64,000 bases of DNA from a virus. Lineage: Duplodnaviria > Heunggongvirae > Uroviricota > Caudoviricetes. Positions 37,118-47,818 of this stretch are shown one piece after another (position 1 is the first letter of the stretch; each line of letters starts with the position of its first letter). The notes below the pieces were generated by a model, which was not told where the DNA came from, made no database searches, and saw nothing but the letters and a program-made list of their open reading frames with translations. The stretch lies in the IMG/VR virus record IMGVR_UViG_3300037789_000070, positions 74,576 to 138,575 of that record, one strand, 5' to 3'. Position numbers and translations under genes: made by a program.

Positions 37118-37457
37118 ATTTTACCACATAACGTCAGAAGACCGTGTTGAATCGATTTTAAAACACGGTCTTCTTCTTAACCAAAAACCTAATATGGGTG
37201 GGAATTATTATAGAGAAGTCGGAATTTTTCTAACTCATTATCCTACGTGGATATTGAGGAACCATGGAAGACGTTATAAAAGGCTGAAACATTTTATATT
37301 CAGAGTAGATGTGGAAGGTTTGGATATCGTGATTAACGCCTTGCCGTTTCTGACCAGACCTAAAAAGAAAGTGCCGTGGTATGAAGTAGAATGTATGGAA
37401 AATATTTCACCGGAAAGACTAAATTTGTTTTTTGTATTGACAGAACAAGAAAAATAA
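37110..37457 (+). CDS. Tpt1/KptA-like ADP-ribosyltransferase-fold protein
   Basis: 'FYHIT...ESILKHGL', 'IFLT', 'ISPERL'. Confidence 0.6.
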   Translation: MSKFYHITSEDRVESILKHGLLLNQKPNMGGNYYREVGIFLTHYPTWILRNHGRRYKRLKHFIFRVDVEGLDIVINALPFLTRPKKKVPWYEVECMENISPERLNLFFVLTEQEK

Positions 37458-37943
37458 ATTAGATTTCTTTTATCAACTGTCGAAACAAACAACTATATAA
37501 GGAGTTTGTCATGATTTTTGCTATTCGTCATAAGCCAACAGAAAAGTTGTTGTCTTTTATAGATCGCAAAAATGCACCAATTGATTGTGTAGATGTGACA
37601 TATAAGCTGGAGTTATATACGGGAACATCCCCCTTGTGGACGACCTCTAATCGTGAAATAGCCGAAGGTGCCGCGAACAACACCGAAAAATGGTATAACG
37701 CAACTTACGAAACCCCAATTAATGATTTTGTTGGTGATTGTGAAGTAGTTGAACTTACTATACCTGAAAAGATTCAAGCGCTTCGTGATGTCATAACGAT
37801 GCTGAGTGTACCCGGAGATAATCGTGATAATATTTTTCGTTTATTGGATGGTGTACTGGAACCTTAATAATCTTGACAGAACAAGAAAAATGAATTAGAT
37901 TTCTTTTTCTTGTTCTGTTGAAATAAACAACTTATATGGAGTT
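37437..37943 (+). repeat. ~70-bp promoter/RBS direct repeat flanking ORF 37511..37867
   Basis: ttgacagaacaagaaaaat.aattagatttctttt...aaacaact..ggagtt at 37437 and 37873. Confidence 0.8.
37511..37867 (+). CDS. Hypothetical protein
   Basis: AAGGAG SD. Confidence 0.75.
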   Translation: MIFAIRHKPTEKLLSFIDRKNAPIDCVDVTYKLELYTGTSPLWTTSNREIAEGAANNTEKWYNATYETPINDFVGDCEVVELTIPEKIQALRDVITMLSVPGDNRDNIFRLLDGVLEP

Positions 37944-38193
37944 CTAAAATGTCTTCTGAAACCCGAGAAAAGTCTTTTGCCGAAACCGTCTCTCTTGTCG
38001 AAGATACTATCATTGATCTTATTCTTGGAGATCATGACCGTCAGAAAGTTCACGGTAAGGCTCGTATGATTGTAGAACACATTCAAATTGTTCTGAAAGA
38101 GCAGGATGGCAAGTTTGCTCCTCAGGAAAAGAAGTGATTTTGCTCTTGTATTGCTAGGGCTTTCGGTCTATAAATAAATTATCAATAATTTAA

Positions 38194-38501
38194 GCGGGCG
38201 TGGTGAAATAGGTAAACGCAGCGGACTTAGAAAAACTTGAGTGCCCCATCAGAAATGTTGGGAGTAGAATTGCTCAAATTCGGGGAAACCTTAACAGGTA
38301 ATGCTGATGGCAATCCCGAGCGAAGCTCTGGCAAAAGTCAGAGAACGTGTAGAGACTTGACGGGCAACACCTAAGGTTATCTATGGTGAAGAGAAAGTCC
38401 AGACCACAAACACCTAAGACAGGTGGCGATTAAAGTCGTAGTTGGTAAGAAAATCCGCCGGACAATTGTCCTTGGGGGTTCAAGTCCCCCCGCCCGCACC
38501 A
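38194..38501 (+). tRNA. tRNA-Leu(TAA) interrupted by a group I intron
   Basis: Exon 1 38194-38228 (...gcggactt), exon 2 38450-38501 (aaaatccgc...cacca). Confidence 0.92.
38229..38449 (+). ncRNA. Group I intron (trnL-UAA/IC3-like), no ORF
   Basis: aaattcggggaaacc (P), ggcaatcccgagcg (Q), gtagagact (R), gagaaagtcc (S); follows U, ends in G. Confidence 0.9.
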
Positions 38502-38504
38502 TTT

Positions 38505-39824
38505 TTAACTCATGTACTTGTAATGAGCTAATTCAATAATTGAGTCGTACTTTTCTTTATATTGATCAACTGGTTCTCTTATTCTTTTTTCTAATTGAAT
38601 AAGTTCCTCAAGATTTATCACTGGCTTTTTAAGCTTTATCGCATCTCCGTCAACAATAGTATTTGGCACGGTTTTTATATTTTCAGAATAATCTGCTGCT
38701 TCAATATCAAAATGTAATGGAGATTTTCTTTCATTATCATAAAGCCATTGTAATGATAGAAGAATGAGTAAGCGTTCAGCCATGTCATTCTCATAATCTA
38801 TTTTATACAGGAACCATTGTTTACGGTTCTCGGTATATCTAAGAAAGCAGAACCCCCGGATATATTTTTCAGCATCATGTTCCCGGTCAACTTCAAAATC
38901 AAGTTCCAAAAGGTCTCTATGATATATTACAAACCCACCGTCAGTGCTCAACACCAACCATTTTGAAGTATCATCTAAATTTAGATGTTCACTTAAATCT
39001 TCTTCTTTCTGCTTATAGTCTGATAAATCTTTGAGAATTGCGTTTGCTTTTTCTTTGGTGAGTATTCCACTGCGTACCCACTTAGAATATTTTCCATCTT
39101 TGAGGGCTTCTCTCACAAAGGTTTCCCATAATCTTTTTGCAGAACGATAACCTGATGGAGTATAACCTCCAGAAACCGCGTCCGGCTTAAATTCCGTCCA
39201 TATTTTGCCCAAGATCTTACCAAAGCCATAGCCTCTGTATTCCTCGGCAACTGCGACTAAAGTCGCACCCCATTCATCCTGAGCAACTGCAATCTTTTCC
39301 TTCTGGTCATTAAAAATGGCAAAGTCGGTAAAAGTCCCATCTTCTTCTTTACGAATTTCAAATCTTTTTCCTTTAGATTTGATTCTGTTAATCAGAATGG
39401 AATACTCTTTATATTTGTCGTTCAATTTCTTTTGGTAATATGCCCTGTCGAGGTATTTTATAGTCTTGAATGTGAAGTTCCTATCAAAAGAAGTTTTAAG
39501 AGCTTCGGCATATCTTCTGGGAAAATTTCCTGAAATGTAGAACATTTGGCCATCAGAGAAACCAATTCCTTCTCCGTCATCAACTAAATAGACATCTCCA
39601 TTTTCCATAGTGTATAAACCAACTCGTTTATTAAGAATGAAGAAGTTTTCAGTTTCACTGCCGTGATAACTTATTCGGTTCATATCTTTCAAAGACCAAT
39701 TGTACGCAGTTTCTGGATGACTTTTATCATGTTTATTAGTGAAGTTTATATATTCCTGCCATGTCATAAGGGCTGGATTGAATTTTGGATCAGTGATAGC
39801 TTCTTTGAGATCTTTGATTAACAT
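38505..39824 (-). CDS. Large late protein with GNAT-like domain
   Basis: 'AVAEEYRGYGFGKIL', 'SGGYTPSG'; ATAAATA upstream on the minus strand. Confidence 0.7.
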   Translation of the reverse strand: MLIKDLKEAITDPKFNPALMTWQEYINFTNKHDKSHPETAYNWSLKDMNRISYHGSETENFFILNKRVGLYTMENGDVYLVDDGEGIGFSDGQMFYISGNFPRRYAEALKTSFDRNFTFKTIKYLDRAYYQKKLNDKYKEYSILINRIKSKGKRFEIRKEEDGTFTDFAIFNDQKEKIAVAQDEWGATLVAVAEEYRGYGFGKILGKIWTEFKPDAVSGGYTPSGYRSAKRLWETFVREALKDGKYSKWVRSGILTKEKANAILKDLSDYKQKEEDLSEHLNLDDTSKWLVLSTDGGFVIYHRDLLELDFEVDREHDAEKYIRGFCFLRYTENRKQWFLYKIDYENDMAERLLILLSLQWLYDNERKSPLHFDIEAADYSENIKTVPNTIVDGDAIKLKKPVINLEELIQLEKRIREPVDQYKEKYDSIIELAHYKYMS

Positions 39825-40171
39825 TTTTTTTATTGACAAATCCTAACTTATATTCTATTTATTAAAGTAATTTAAGGACGAAAAGGAAACGAGGACGATG
39901 GCATTGCTAAAGCGAAACGAATGGACATGGAAACACAAAGTCATATATCATTTGGCCTTCATTCTTGATATATTGGTTATCTTGGCGTCACTCGGTTACC
40001 TTTCATTTAATCCATATCTCTTTGAACGGGTTGTCGATAAATTTCTACTCGAAGATTGAAAGATATATCATGCTTATTGAAATCAAAAATGGTCGTAAAG
40101 TTCTGTATGAAGGAAACTCTCCGGCATTCGGTAGCAAACGCACCAAGCCGCTCCATAAAGGAGATGGTTAG

Positions 40172-40633
40172 GTGAAATTTACTCTCGTGATGGGCTTGGT
40201 TCTTGGTTTAACCGGAAGTAACGCTTTTGGTTCTGTTGATTTTTTGGGCTTCGAGTATCCTGCCCAACCCGTCAGCATTGAGAAAATCACCGAGAGCGTA
40301 CTTAGTTTCTTTGAGGGTCAATCTGACCAGCCAAACACCAAACCCAGTTACCGCAGTCGCAGCCAAGGTTGCGAAAAACATCAGTTTTGCCCAGAGAGCC
40401 ATGCTCTTTTGAGCGTCCAAATCATCTATCTCATGTTGGCTGGGTTGGTTCTGATTAGAGGCTCGCTGCTCTGCTACCAAGTCGCCGATTACGGATACGA
40501 TATCGTCCAAGGAGGCCGCAATAGAATTGGTTGGTCTGTTGCCTTGGGTAGCTTCCTCCTCATTCCCTTGGCCATGACTCTCGGGCTTGCTTTTGGGTAT
40601 TGGGTGGCTTTCGAAGGCGGTCTTAGGGAATAG
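40172..40633 (+). CDS. Membrane protein ORF with an equally open antisense frame
   Basis: AAGGAG upstream, signal-like start, GC-richer than flanks. Confidence 0.5.
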   Translation: MKFTLVMGLVLGLTGSNAFGSVDFLGFEYPAQPVSIEKITESVLSFFEGQSDQPNTKPSYRSRSQGCEKHQFCPESHALLSVQIIYLMLAGLVLIRGSLLCYQVADYGYDIVQGGRNRIGWSVALGSFLLIPLAMTLGLAFGYWVAFEGGLRE

Positions 40634-40696
40634 TAGATAAAATATTCAGATAAAAAGAAAATAGCTCCTATAATGTTTTTTATAGGAGCTATTTTT

Positions 40697-41677
40697 ATGG
40701 ATAAAGACTACCGTTTAGAACTGGGAGATTGTACTCACGTCTTACAGGAACTTCTCAATGAAGGAGTTCAAGTTGATTCAGTTGTTACAGATCCTCCATA
40801 TCTACTCAACTTCATGAACAAAGAATGGGACTCTGGTGATATTACCAACGATGCTTCTATGTGGTCATTGGTAAAGGATGTGATGAAACCCGGAGCACAT
40901 CTATTAGCCTTTGGTGCCACAAGAACTCATCACAGAATGATGTGTGCTATTGAAGACGCAGGCTTTGAAATCAGAGATTGTTTGATGTGGGTCTATGGGT
41001 CCGGGTTCCCCAGATCAACAGACATCGGAAAACAATTCATTAAGAGGGGTCTGGAAGGGCCGGGAGAAAAATGGTCTGGTTGGGGTGCAACGTTGAAACC
41101 AGCCTATGAACCAATAATTTTGGCCAGAAAGCCGTTGGGCGAAAAATCATTACTAAACAATCTCATGATGCATGAGGTGGGGGCATTGAACATAAATGAC
41201 TGTCTTGTCGGAGAGGAAGCGGGCCGTTATCCTACTAATTTCATTCATGATGGTAGTGAAGAAGTAGTACGAGAATTTCCTTTCAGTAAAGGACAGCAGG
41301 GCGATGTTAAAGGAACAGAACCAAGTACCCCAACAAATCACGTCTATGGTGATTATAATGAACGACTAGAATTTAAGAAGCGTAATGATGAAGGCTCTGC
41401 GGCCCGTTTCTTTTATTGTGCCAAGGCGTCAAAAGAAGATAGAGGCGAGTACAATACACACGCTACTGTAAAGCCTGAAAATTTAATGAGATATCTTTGT
41501 AGAATGGTTACTCCTAAAGATGGATTGATCTTAGACCCGTTCATGGGATCGGGCAGTACTGGGAAAGCTGCTCTTAAAGAAGGCAACAAGTTCATTGGAA
41601 TTGAGATCGAGAAAGAAAATTTTGATATAGCTGAGCGACGGCTTGAGGAGCTTGAAGAAAAAAATTCAAAAAAGTGA
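40697..41677 (+). CDS. DNA N4-C/N6-A methyltransferase (beta class)
   Basis: 'VTDPPY', 'H.TVKP', 'ILDPFMGSGSTG'. Confidence 0.92.
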   Translation: MDKDYRLELGDCTHVLQELLNEGVQVDSVVTDPPYLLNFMNKEWDSGDITNDASMWSLVKDVMKPGAHLLAFGATRTHHRMMCAIEDAGFEIRDCLMWVYGSGFPRSTDIGKQFIKRGLEGPGEKWSGWGATLKPAYEPIILARKPLGEKSLLNNLMMHEVGALNINDCLVGEEAGRYPTNFIHDGSEEVVREFPFSKGQQGDVKGTEPSTPTNHVYGDYNERLEFKKRNDEGSAARFFYCAKASKEDRGEYNTHATVKPENLMRYLCRMVTPKDGLILDPFMGSGSTGKAALKEGNKFIGIEIEKENFDIAERRLEELEEKNSKK

Positions 41678-41721
41678 ATTTTGTGCTTTACAAACTGAAA
41701 ACGTTGCCCTATATTCTAATC

Positions 41722-42584
41722 ATCAAGACGACGACACCGGTTCTCGGTGATCGGAACTCTTAAAAGAATTGGCCGCACGGGGTCGTTAGAAAACTACTTG
41801 GAAACAGGTAGGAAGTGAATTCTTGCAACGGGGTTCACGCTTCTTCTCGGAGGAGTTCATCTGTGCAAGCACGGTCTAACCCGCGAGGGGCTTTCATTAA
41901 CAGTGGAAGTATTCTCGGTTAAAGTGGGAAGGTCCTCGTCAGAGGATAAGAAGGATAACCATGCCTTCGAAAGCTTGATGTGGCGTCAAGGCCTTCCAGC
42001 CAACACTTCCGAGGAAAATGATAACGTGTAGTCTAGTAGTCTGAGTTCGGTCAGAACAAAGGCATTAGACAGTGGATGTAGGTGGAAACACCTTAGTCTA
42101 CAGTTTGGGATGACCGTCCTAAACATGTTGGTGGGTGTATTTTGTTCTTCAAAAGAGAACGAAGCGCTGGTTAGCCTCATCAATGAGTTGTCTATTAGAT
42201 ATTGCCTAATGGTAGGGCAATCGCATTCTAAGCGATAGGTTCTGGTTCAACTCCAGATATCTTGTTATAATAGTTATAAGCAAAGTGCTAACCGGCAACG
42301 TGTCGAAAGACGACTAAAACCAGACCTTCGGGAATCTGGTACAGGGAGGATCGCAAGTCCAAGCTGTTTGTTTCTAAACGCACCGAAATGGGGTTAGCTG
42401 CTCCATCACGGAACGCAAGTAAGAAGCGAAAGACATGTTGTGACAGTGCAAAGCCGCACTTTAATAGGCGTCGTTTGTCAGATACACTCAGTAATGAGTG
42501 TGGATAAGGTCTAACCTCACTTTTGCAAATAGTGGGAGTACGGACTTCAAGACTGGCAGGGAGGGCTGTAATCTCAGGCTCTTC
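41722..42584 (+). ncRNA. Large structured ncRNA, GOLLD-like, with embedded tRNA-like domain
   Basis: ~860 nt gene-free, GNRA/UUCG-capped hairpins; 'gtattttgttcttcaaaagagaacgaagc' and terminal 'taatctcagg' resemble GOLLD as I recall it. Confidence 0.6.
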
Positions 42585-42614
42585 AAATTAAAACCTCGGA
42601 TCGGAAACATAATT

Positions 42615-42944
42615 ATGGATAGAGCATATTCTTCTCTGAAAAAAGAAGGAAAATTTTGGTCTCTAAGACCAAAAAGGCTATTAGAGTTTTTAGAGGTCAT
42701 ATATCCTGATATTGTCGGTGTTCCTTATTTCTCTGATCATTATACTTCCCAACGCTCGACTGAAATCCAAGGCTTCAAGATCCTCATACAGAAATATATT
42801 CAAAACGATAATAAACAGTTGTATCCTATTGCCTGTTTTTATGGCTTAGGAAAAGTTAAGAACACCGAACATAATCAAAAACTTTTAGAAATTGCGGCGG
42901 TTTTAGAAGACATGAAAATGTCTGGTTCGCCTGATTATTGTTGA
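42615..42944 (+). CDS. Hypothetical protein
   Basis: ATG after the ncRNA end. Confidence 0.6.
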   Translation: MDRAYSSLKKEGKFWSLRPKRLLEFLEVIYPDIVGVPYFSDHYTSQRSTEIQGFKILIQKYIQNDNKQLYPIACFYGLGKVKNTEHNQKLLEIAAVLEDMKMSGSPDYC

Positions 42945-43342
42945 TAGGATAAAATAGTGGTTTATTTTATTGGTGGTTGTCTTTGGATTCTAATCGGCTA
43001 TTATTCGGCAGCAGTTAAATGTGATTTATACGGCAAAGAGATAGATGTAAGTTTTGAAAAATTTATGTCCTTGGTTTCCGTTATCTTCGGACCCACCGCT
43101 CTTTTTGCGGACATCTTGATGTATATCATTTCTCCTGAGTGGGCGAACATTAAATGGATTGAACCTGATTGGAAATGGCCCTCTAAAGTTTTTCAAAAAG
43201 GATGAATCGTGAAGAAAATCAAAATAATAAAACTCACTAACAAGATTGTTACGTCGCCAGACTATCCTAAGTTTTTGAAGAAAATCGAAGAATACCTTCA
43301 AAAGAATTCTAAAACCCTTGTAAAAAGATTGAAAGGTAACTC

Positions 43343-43876
43343 ATGAATTATGCAGAGTTTTTTGGCAAACTAAATGAAATGCCCGGCGGTTACAAACACA
43401 ACACCGATGCAGAGAATTTTAGATTACTGCATTTGGTTGACTTTGCCATAACCCATGGAAAAAGGCTTTACGAACAGCTTAATCAATTAGATAAACAGGG
43501 ACCGGTTTGGGACGGTGATGTTATCTCTAAATCTGATCGTACTGAATTACTTTCAATCGGTGCTGCTGTAAAAGTATTAGTTAAAGGGGAAGATGGCTTT
43601 CAAGCATGTACGTATCTCGGTCACCAAATTCTCACCATCATTGAAACGATTTATCCAGAATTAAAGTACTCCGATGATTCTTCTGAAAGTCCCGTAAGAA
43701 TTGCCTTACGAAAATTAAGCGGCACAGCTAAAGCTGATCAACTCAGTAGAGAGATGGCAAAAAAGTGTTCTAAGAGTATGCATGAAATTCAATTAGAAAT
43801 TCAACGCGCAATAGAAAACAAGGACATTTTTGTTCAAAATGATTGGACATTAACGCTTGATCCTAACTCTAAATAA
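43343..43876 (+). CDS. Hypothetical protein
   Basis: AAGGT SD. Confidence 0.7.
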   Translation: MNYAEFFGKLNEMPGGYKHNTDAENFRLLHLVDFAITHGKRLYEQLNQLDKQGPVWDGDVISKSDRTELLSIGAAVKVLVKGEDGFQACTYLGHQILTIIETIYPELKYSDDSSESPVRIALRKLSGTAKADQLSREMAKKCSKSMHEIQLEIQRAIENKDIFVQNDWTLTLDPNSK

Positions 43877-43907
43877 GCCTAAACTCTAGTAGTTATTTTT
43901 TTTAAAT

Positions 43908-43992
43908 GCGGATGTGGTGAAACTGGTAGACGCGCCAGACTCAAAATCTGGTTCCTTCGGGAGTGGGGGTTCGAGTCCCCCCATCCGCACCA
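43908..43992 (+). tRNA. tRNA-Leu(CAA)
   Basis: ccaga-ctCAAaa-tctgg; paralogous to 20830. Confidence 0.95.
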
Positions 43993-44652
43993 ACAAAAGG
44001 TTTCTAACCTAATGATCATCAAAAAAGAATTTCAGTCCGATGTTCGAGATGACGAAGATGATTATTTTGACAATCCGATTGAAGCAGAGGTCACTAGTTT
44101 CTTAGAGAACGATGAACATAAGAAACAGTTTGACACTTCGATCAATACTTTGGATGATAAAAGGAAGAAGTATTTTCAAAATATTGAACAGTCTTTAATC
44201 TTTAACATTAACCTCAATGCCAGTATTATTCGTCGGTCTGATGAGAAGCTGGACGAAAAGGATCTTCACGACCTTAAAAGGACAATGGAAATCCTTGATC
44301 AAAAAAAGCGTGAACGATATGAAACTCTAGTATCGTTTTACCAATTAGTAATCTTTTGGTGCGAGAATAATAACTCTTAAAAACTACTAAGGAGTTATTA
44401 TTATGGTTATTGATACGATTGCTGGCGCTGTTATGATGTTGAGTGTTGTTGGGAATAATGTTTCTCACTTGAACAGCGAAGGATTTCAAATTCAAGTTAG
44501 TCCAATTCGCTATGAAACAATGGCCGCTTGTGAGGAAGAACGTAAGACTATGATTTCTATGGTCGAGCACCAACTAGCCCTACACGCGTTACCCATTCGT
44601 CTATCTGTTTCAGCAGTTTGTAAGCCATTTGAATACTAAGGGAATAATTATC

Positions 44653-45126
44653 ATGCAAAATGGAAAAGTTAAGATTTTAAAGGCCCCTGAAAGAGATTCT
44701 TCTCTTGAGAATAGACCAAGTGTTTTCTTAGCTGGTTCTATTGAAATGGGAGAAGCGGAAGATTGGCAGGTAGAAGTTACTAAGAAGCTTGATGGTACTG
44801 GGGTTGTTATCTTCAACCCTCGTCGGGACGATTGGGATTCTTCATGGGTCCAAGATATTTCCAATGATAACTTCAATGAACAGGTTAATTGGGAATTGGA
44901 TCATCTTTCCGCAGCCGATCAAATTATCCTTTATTTTCATCCAGATACAAAGGCACCAATTTCTCTCCTTGAATTAGGTCTCCATGCACCCGAAGGAAAG
45001 ATGGTTGTCTGTTGCCCTCCGGGCTATTGGCGCAGAGGCAACGTGCAAATCGTATGTGATCGTTTTAATATTCCTCTATATGATAGATTGGACGATGTAA
45101 TCGAAGAAGTTAAGAAACGTATCTAG
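44653..45126 (+). CDS. Nucleoside 2-deoxyribosyltransferase-like protein
   Basis: 'VFLAGSIEMG.AEDWQ', 'NPRRDDWD', 'QVNWEL', 'PISLLELGL'. Confidence 0.88.
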   Translation: MQNGKVKILKAPERDSSLENRPSVFLAGSIEMGEAEDWQVEVTKKLDGTGVVIFNPRRDDWDSSWVQDISNDNFNEQVNWELDHLSAADQIILYFHPDTKAPISLLELGLHAPEGKMVVCCPPGYWRRGNVQIVCDRFNIPLYDRLDDVIEEVKKRI

Positions 45127-45361
45127 ACGTGGAAATAAGTGCTAGTGAAATATTAGAACTCTATCGGAAGGCTCAATGGAAAGCTTTCGATAGAGTTCTA
45201 AATTGGTTAAACACTCAAGATGATATCTTTATAGACAAAACTGACCTTTATAAAGAAGTCATGAAAATGAAACCCGATGAAACCTTTGATTTCAAAGGTG
45301 TTACCCTTTCTATTTTCGATGATGAGAAATAAAATAATTTACATTCTTTGTAAATATACAC

Positions 45362-46126
45362 ATGATTAAGCCACAGAGCAGAACTACTAGTAGACGATCT
45401 CATCGCCATGGTGATTTAGGTTTTTATAATATTGAAGATCTGTTCGCTGAACTAGGTCTTAATAAACCGAAGGTCTTAGGAAAAGGTCCTGATGAGTACA
45501 CCCACGTTTGGGGTGAAAAGGACAGCTTGATTGTTTATATCATGTTTTCTCATAAGGCTATTGATTTAGAAATTATATCAAAGATAGATGGAATTGATGG
45601 TCTCAATCAATTAATATTGTTTTCTAGAAAGACTATTTTTTCGTCACCAGATGAATTAACCTCAGAAGATTTTATGTCCGTCAAGGGGGAAATTCGGGGG
45701 TTCATGAGTAAAGCTAAACTTTCTCTTGATGTGACTAATCATTTTTTTGATGTAGCTGTAGCTGTACTTCGTAAAGCAAATTATAGGAATGTAAAAACTG
45801 CTGAAAACATCGATTTATCTTCTGGAACTGTTGATAAAATTGAACTAATTACTAAAAAAATTAGAGCGACAAAAGGAAAAAACACTGTTGTAGTAGAGTT
45901 CAACTTCGGGTTAAGTGTCACTCCTTTTATTTCCATTAAGGGTCCTGCTTCGACCTCCAAAGGTGTTAAAAGCGTTTCTGATATGAAACGATTCTTGACA
46001 AAAATGTTTAAAGAAGAACCTACTCCTCCTCGTGCCCCACGAAAACCGACAAAGAAGAAGAGAGTTAAGAAGGTTCCTAAGAATGCCAAGAAGGTTGGCT
46101 TCCTGAAAAAGTGGCTTGGTCTTTAA
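45362..46126 (+). CDS. Hypothetical protein with basic C-terminus
   Basis: Long ORF, GTAAATA upstream. Confidence 0.7.
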   Translation: MIKPQSRTTSRRSHRHGDLGFYNIEDLFAELGLNKPKVLGKGPDEYTHVWGEKDSLIVYIMFSHKAIDLEIISKIDGIDGLNQLILFSRKTIFSSPDELTSEDFMSVKGEIRGFMSKAKLSLDVTNHFFDVAVAVLRKANYRNVKTAENIDLSSGTVDKIELITKKIRATKGKNTVVVEFNFGLSVTPFISIKGPASTSKGVKSVSDMKRFLTKMFKEEPTPPRAPRKPTKKKRVKKVPKNAKKVGFLKKWLGL

Positions 46127-46177
46127 AAGGCTCTTGACTCTTTAAGGCCTAAATACTAATATAAGAATAGTTGTTAA

Positions 46178-46251
46178 GCAAGTATAGTTTAATGGTAAAA
46201 CATTTGGTTTCCACCCAAAAAACAGGAGTTCGATTCTCCTTACTTGCTCCA
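46178..46251 (+). tRNA. tRNA-Gly(TCC)
   Basis: tttgg-ttTCCac-ccaaa; U73 CCA. Confidence 0.9.
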
Positions 46252-46255
46252 TTTA

Positions 46256-46879
46256 TCATCCAAGACTTAAACCAAGACTTTTTCTACCTTTTCCCCTATT
46301 AGAACCTTTACTAGTAGGTTGTTGCGCATGACAATTAGGACATAAGAGGCGAAGATTGTTGGGCATATTGTTACTAGCATTGCCGTCTTGATGGTCTACT
46401 TCTAATGGTATCTTTTTATTTCTCCACATCGTTAAATTGCAAACCGAACATTTATGCCCGTCTCTTTCATATAAAATGCGCTTTATAGTTCTGCGAGTTT
46501 TAACTTCTCCTTTTAAAAAAGATTCAAATGTTAATCTCCTTCTCTGTTCCCCAGAACACTTTATTGAACAGAAAATTGATCGGTTTTTGTTATTTTTAAT
46601 TTCTACCCCACATTCGCCACAATATTTTTTTTCTGACCTTTTCAGATTGTTATGTGTTGTAGAACAAGACGAAGAACAAAACTTATTCATCCTTCGTTCA
46701 TATACTAAAATTGTTTCACACCCCTTACACTTTTTTGGATTTTTATTATATTCTAAAGTTTTAAAAACTTTTTCTATTCTATTTTTACTAGAGACAGAAC
46801 AAGATAAGGAGCAAAATTTTTGCTTTTTGTTATTTTTTATGAATTCTTTATCACAACCTTGACACTTTGAAAAACACAT
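46256..46879 (-). mobile_element. Freestanding HNH homing endonuclease with Zn-finger repeats
   Basis: 3x CxxC...FCSxxC; 'LEVDHQDGN.SNN..NNLRLLCPNCHAQ'. Confidence 0.9.
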
Positions 46880-46906
46880 TGTAAATGACCCCTATAATTA
46901 TTTACA

Positions 46907-46930
46907 GTTCGATTCCCTTCACCCGCTCCA
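46907..46930 (+). pseudogene. 3' fragment of tRNA-Gly
   Basis: gttcgattcccttcacccgctcca = T-loop, acceptor 3' strand and UCCA. Confidence 0.8.
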
Positions 46931-47236
46931 TTTCTTTGATTTAAGTAAAATGTTTGATCTTAAAAACAAATCTTTAATGTGTGAAATTACGATTAAGGAA
47001 GATTCTGGTTATTTCTTTGCGGTCAGTGATGATCCTGAAACGCCGGTCTTTATAGCATTGAGCGACATCGGAAATGTCTATAAAGAAATAGAAAGTTACC
47101 TTTCCGGATTATTTGAAGAACAGTTTAAAACATCTGGGGTATATAATTTTTCAATTTTAGAAAACAGCCTGATAACAGCGACTGTTACTAGTTCTTCGTA
47201 GCCCTTCTTTATCCCCGTTTCTACATAAATAACTCT

Positions 47237-47818
47237 ATGGAAACGATGTTAAGGGCCGATGAGGTCATGAATAATCTCGATAGTATAGGTTCTTCTTCAT
47301 TGGCAGAGAAGTTTGTGTCTTCTCAAGGTTATAAAAAAATAGGTTCTGGACAGTTTAGTACTGTTTATGAATCCGTAGATAGCTCCCATGTTATCAAAAT
47401 ACAGAAGATGAAAGATCTTATGTGGTGGAGTTTTGCGGAATACACTCAAGATAATTTCAATGAACATTTCCCAGACATACATCAGATTGTAGTTACTGAT
47501 CCTTCGAAAAGGTTAGTAGCTGCTTCTATGGAGAGGCTTGAGATGATCCCTTCCTCTAATTGGGAGAAACAGCCTTATAGAGGAATGTTGGAATTTCTTT
47601 CCTTTAGGGGCTATAATAAATTGTTAGTTAAAATGGCCATAAGGCCCGGAAATAAAAAACGGGCAAGAGATTTTTATGATGAAAATTTTGAATTAGCAAA
47701 CGCAATTGATGAAGCTGCTGATCATATAATGGACAGGGGTGGAGTTTTTGATATGCACGCCAATAATTTCATGATGAGACGTAATGGTCAGATTGTTATA
47801 ACTGATCCGGGGTATTAA
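47237..47818 (+). CDS. Protein kinase-like protein
   Basis: 'IGSGQFSTVY', 'VIK', 'DMHANNFM', 'ITDP'. Confidence 0.8.
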   Translation: METMLRADEVMNNLDSIGSSSLAEKFVSSQGYKKIGSGQFSTVYESVDSSHVIKIQKMKDLMWWSFAEYTQDNFNEHFPDIHQIVVTDPSKRLVAASMERLEMIPSSNWEKQPYRGMLEFLSFRGYNKLLVKMAIRPGNKKRARDFYDENFELANAIDEAADHIMDRGGVFDMHANNFMMRRNGQIVITDPGY

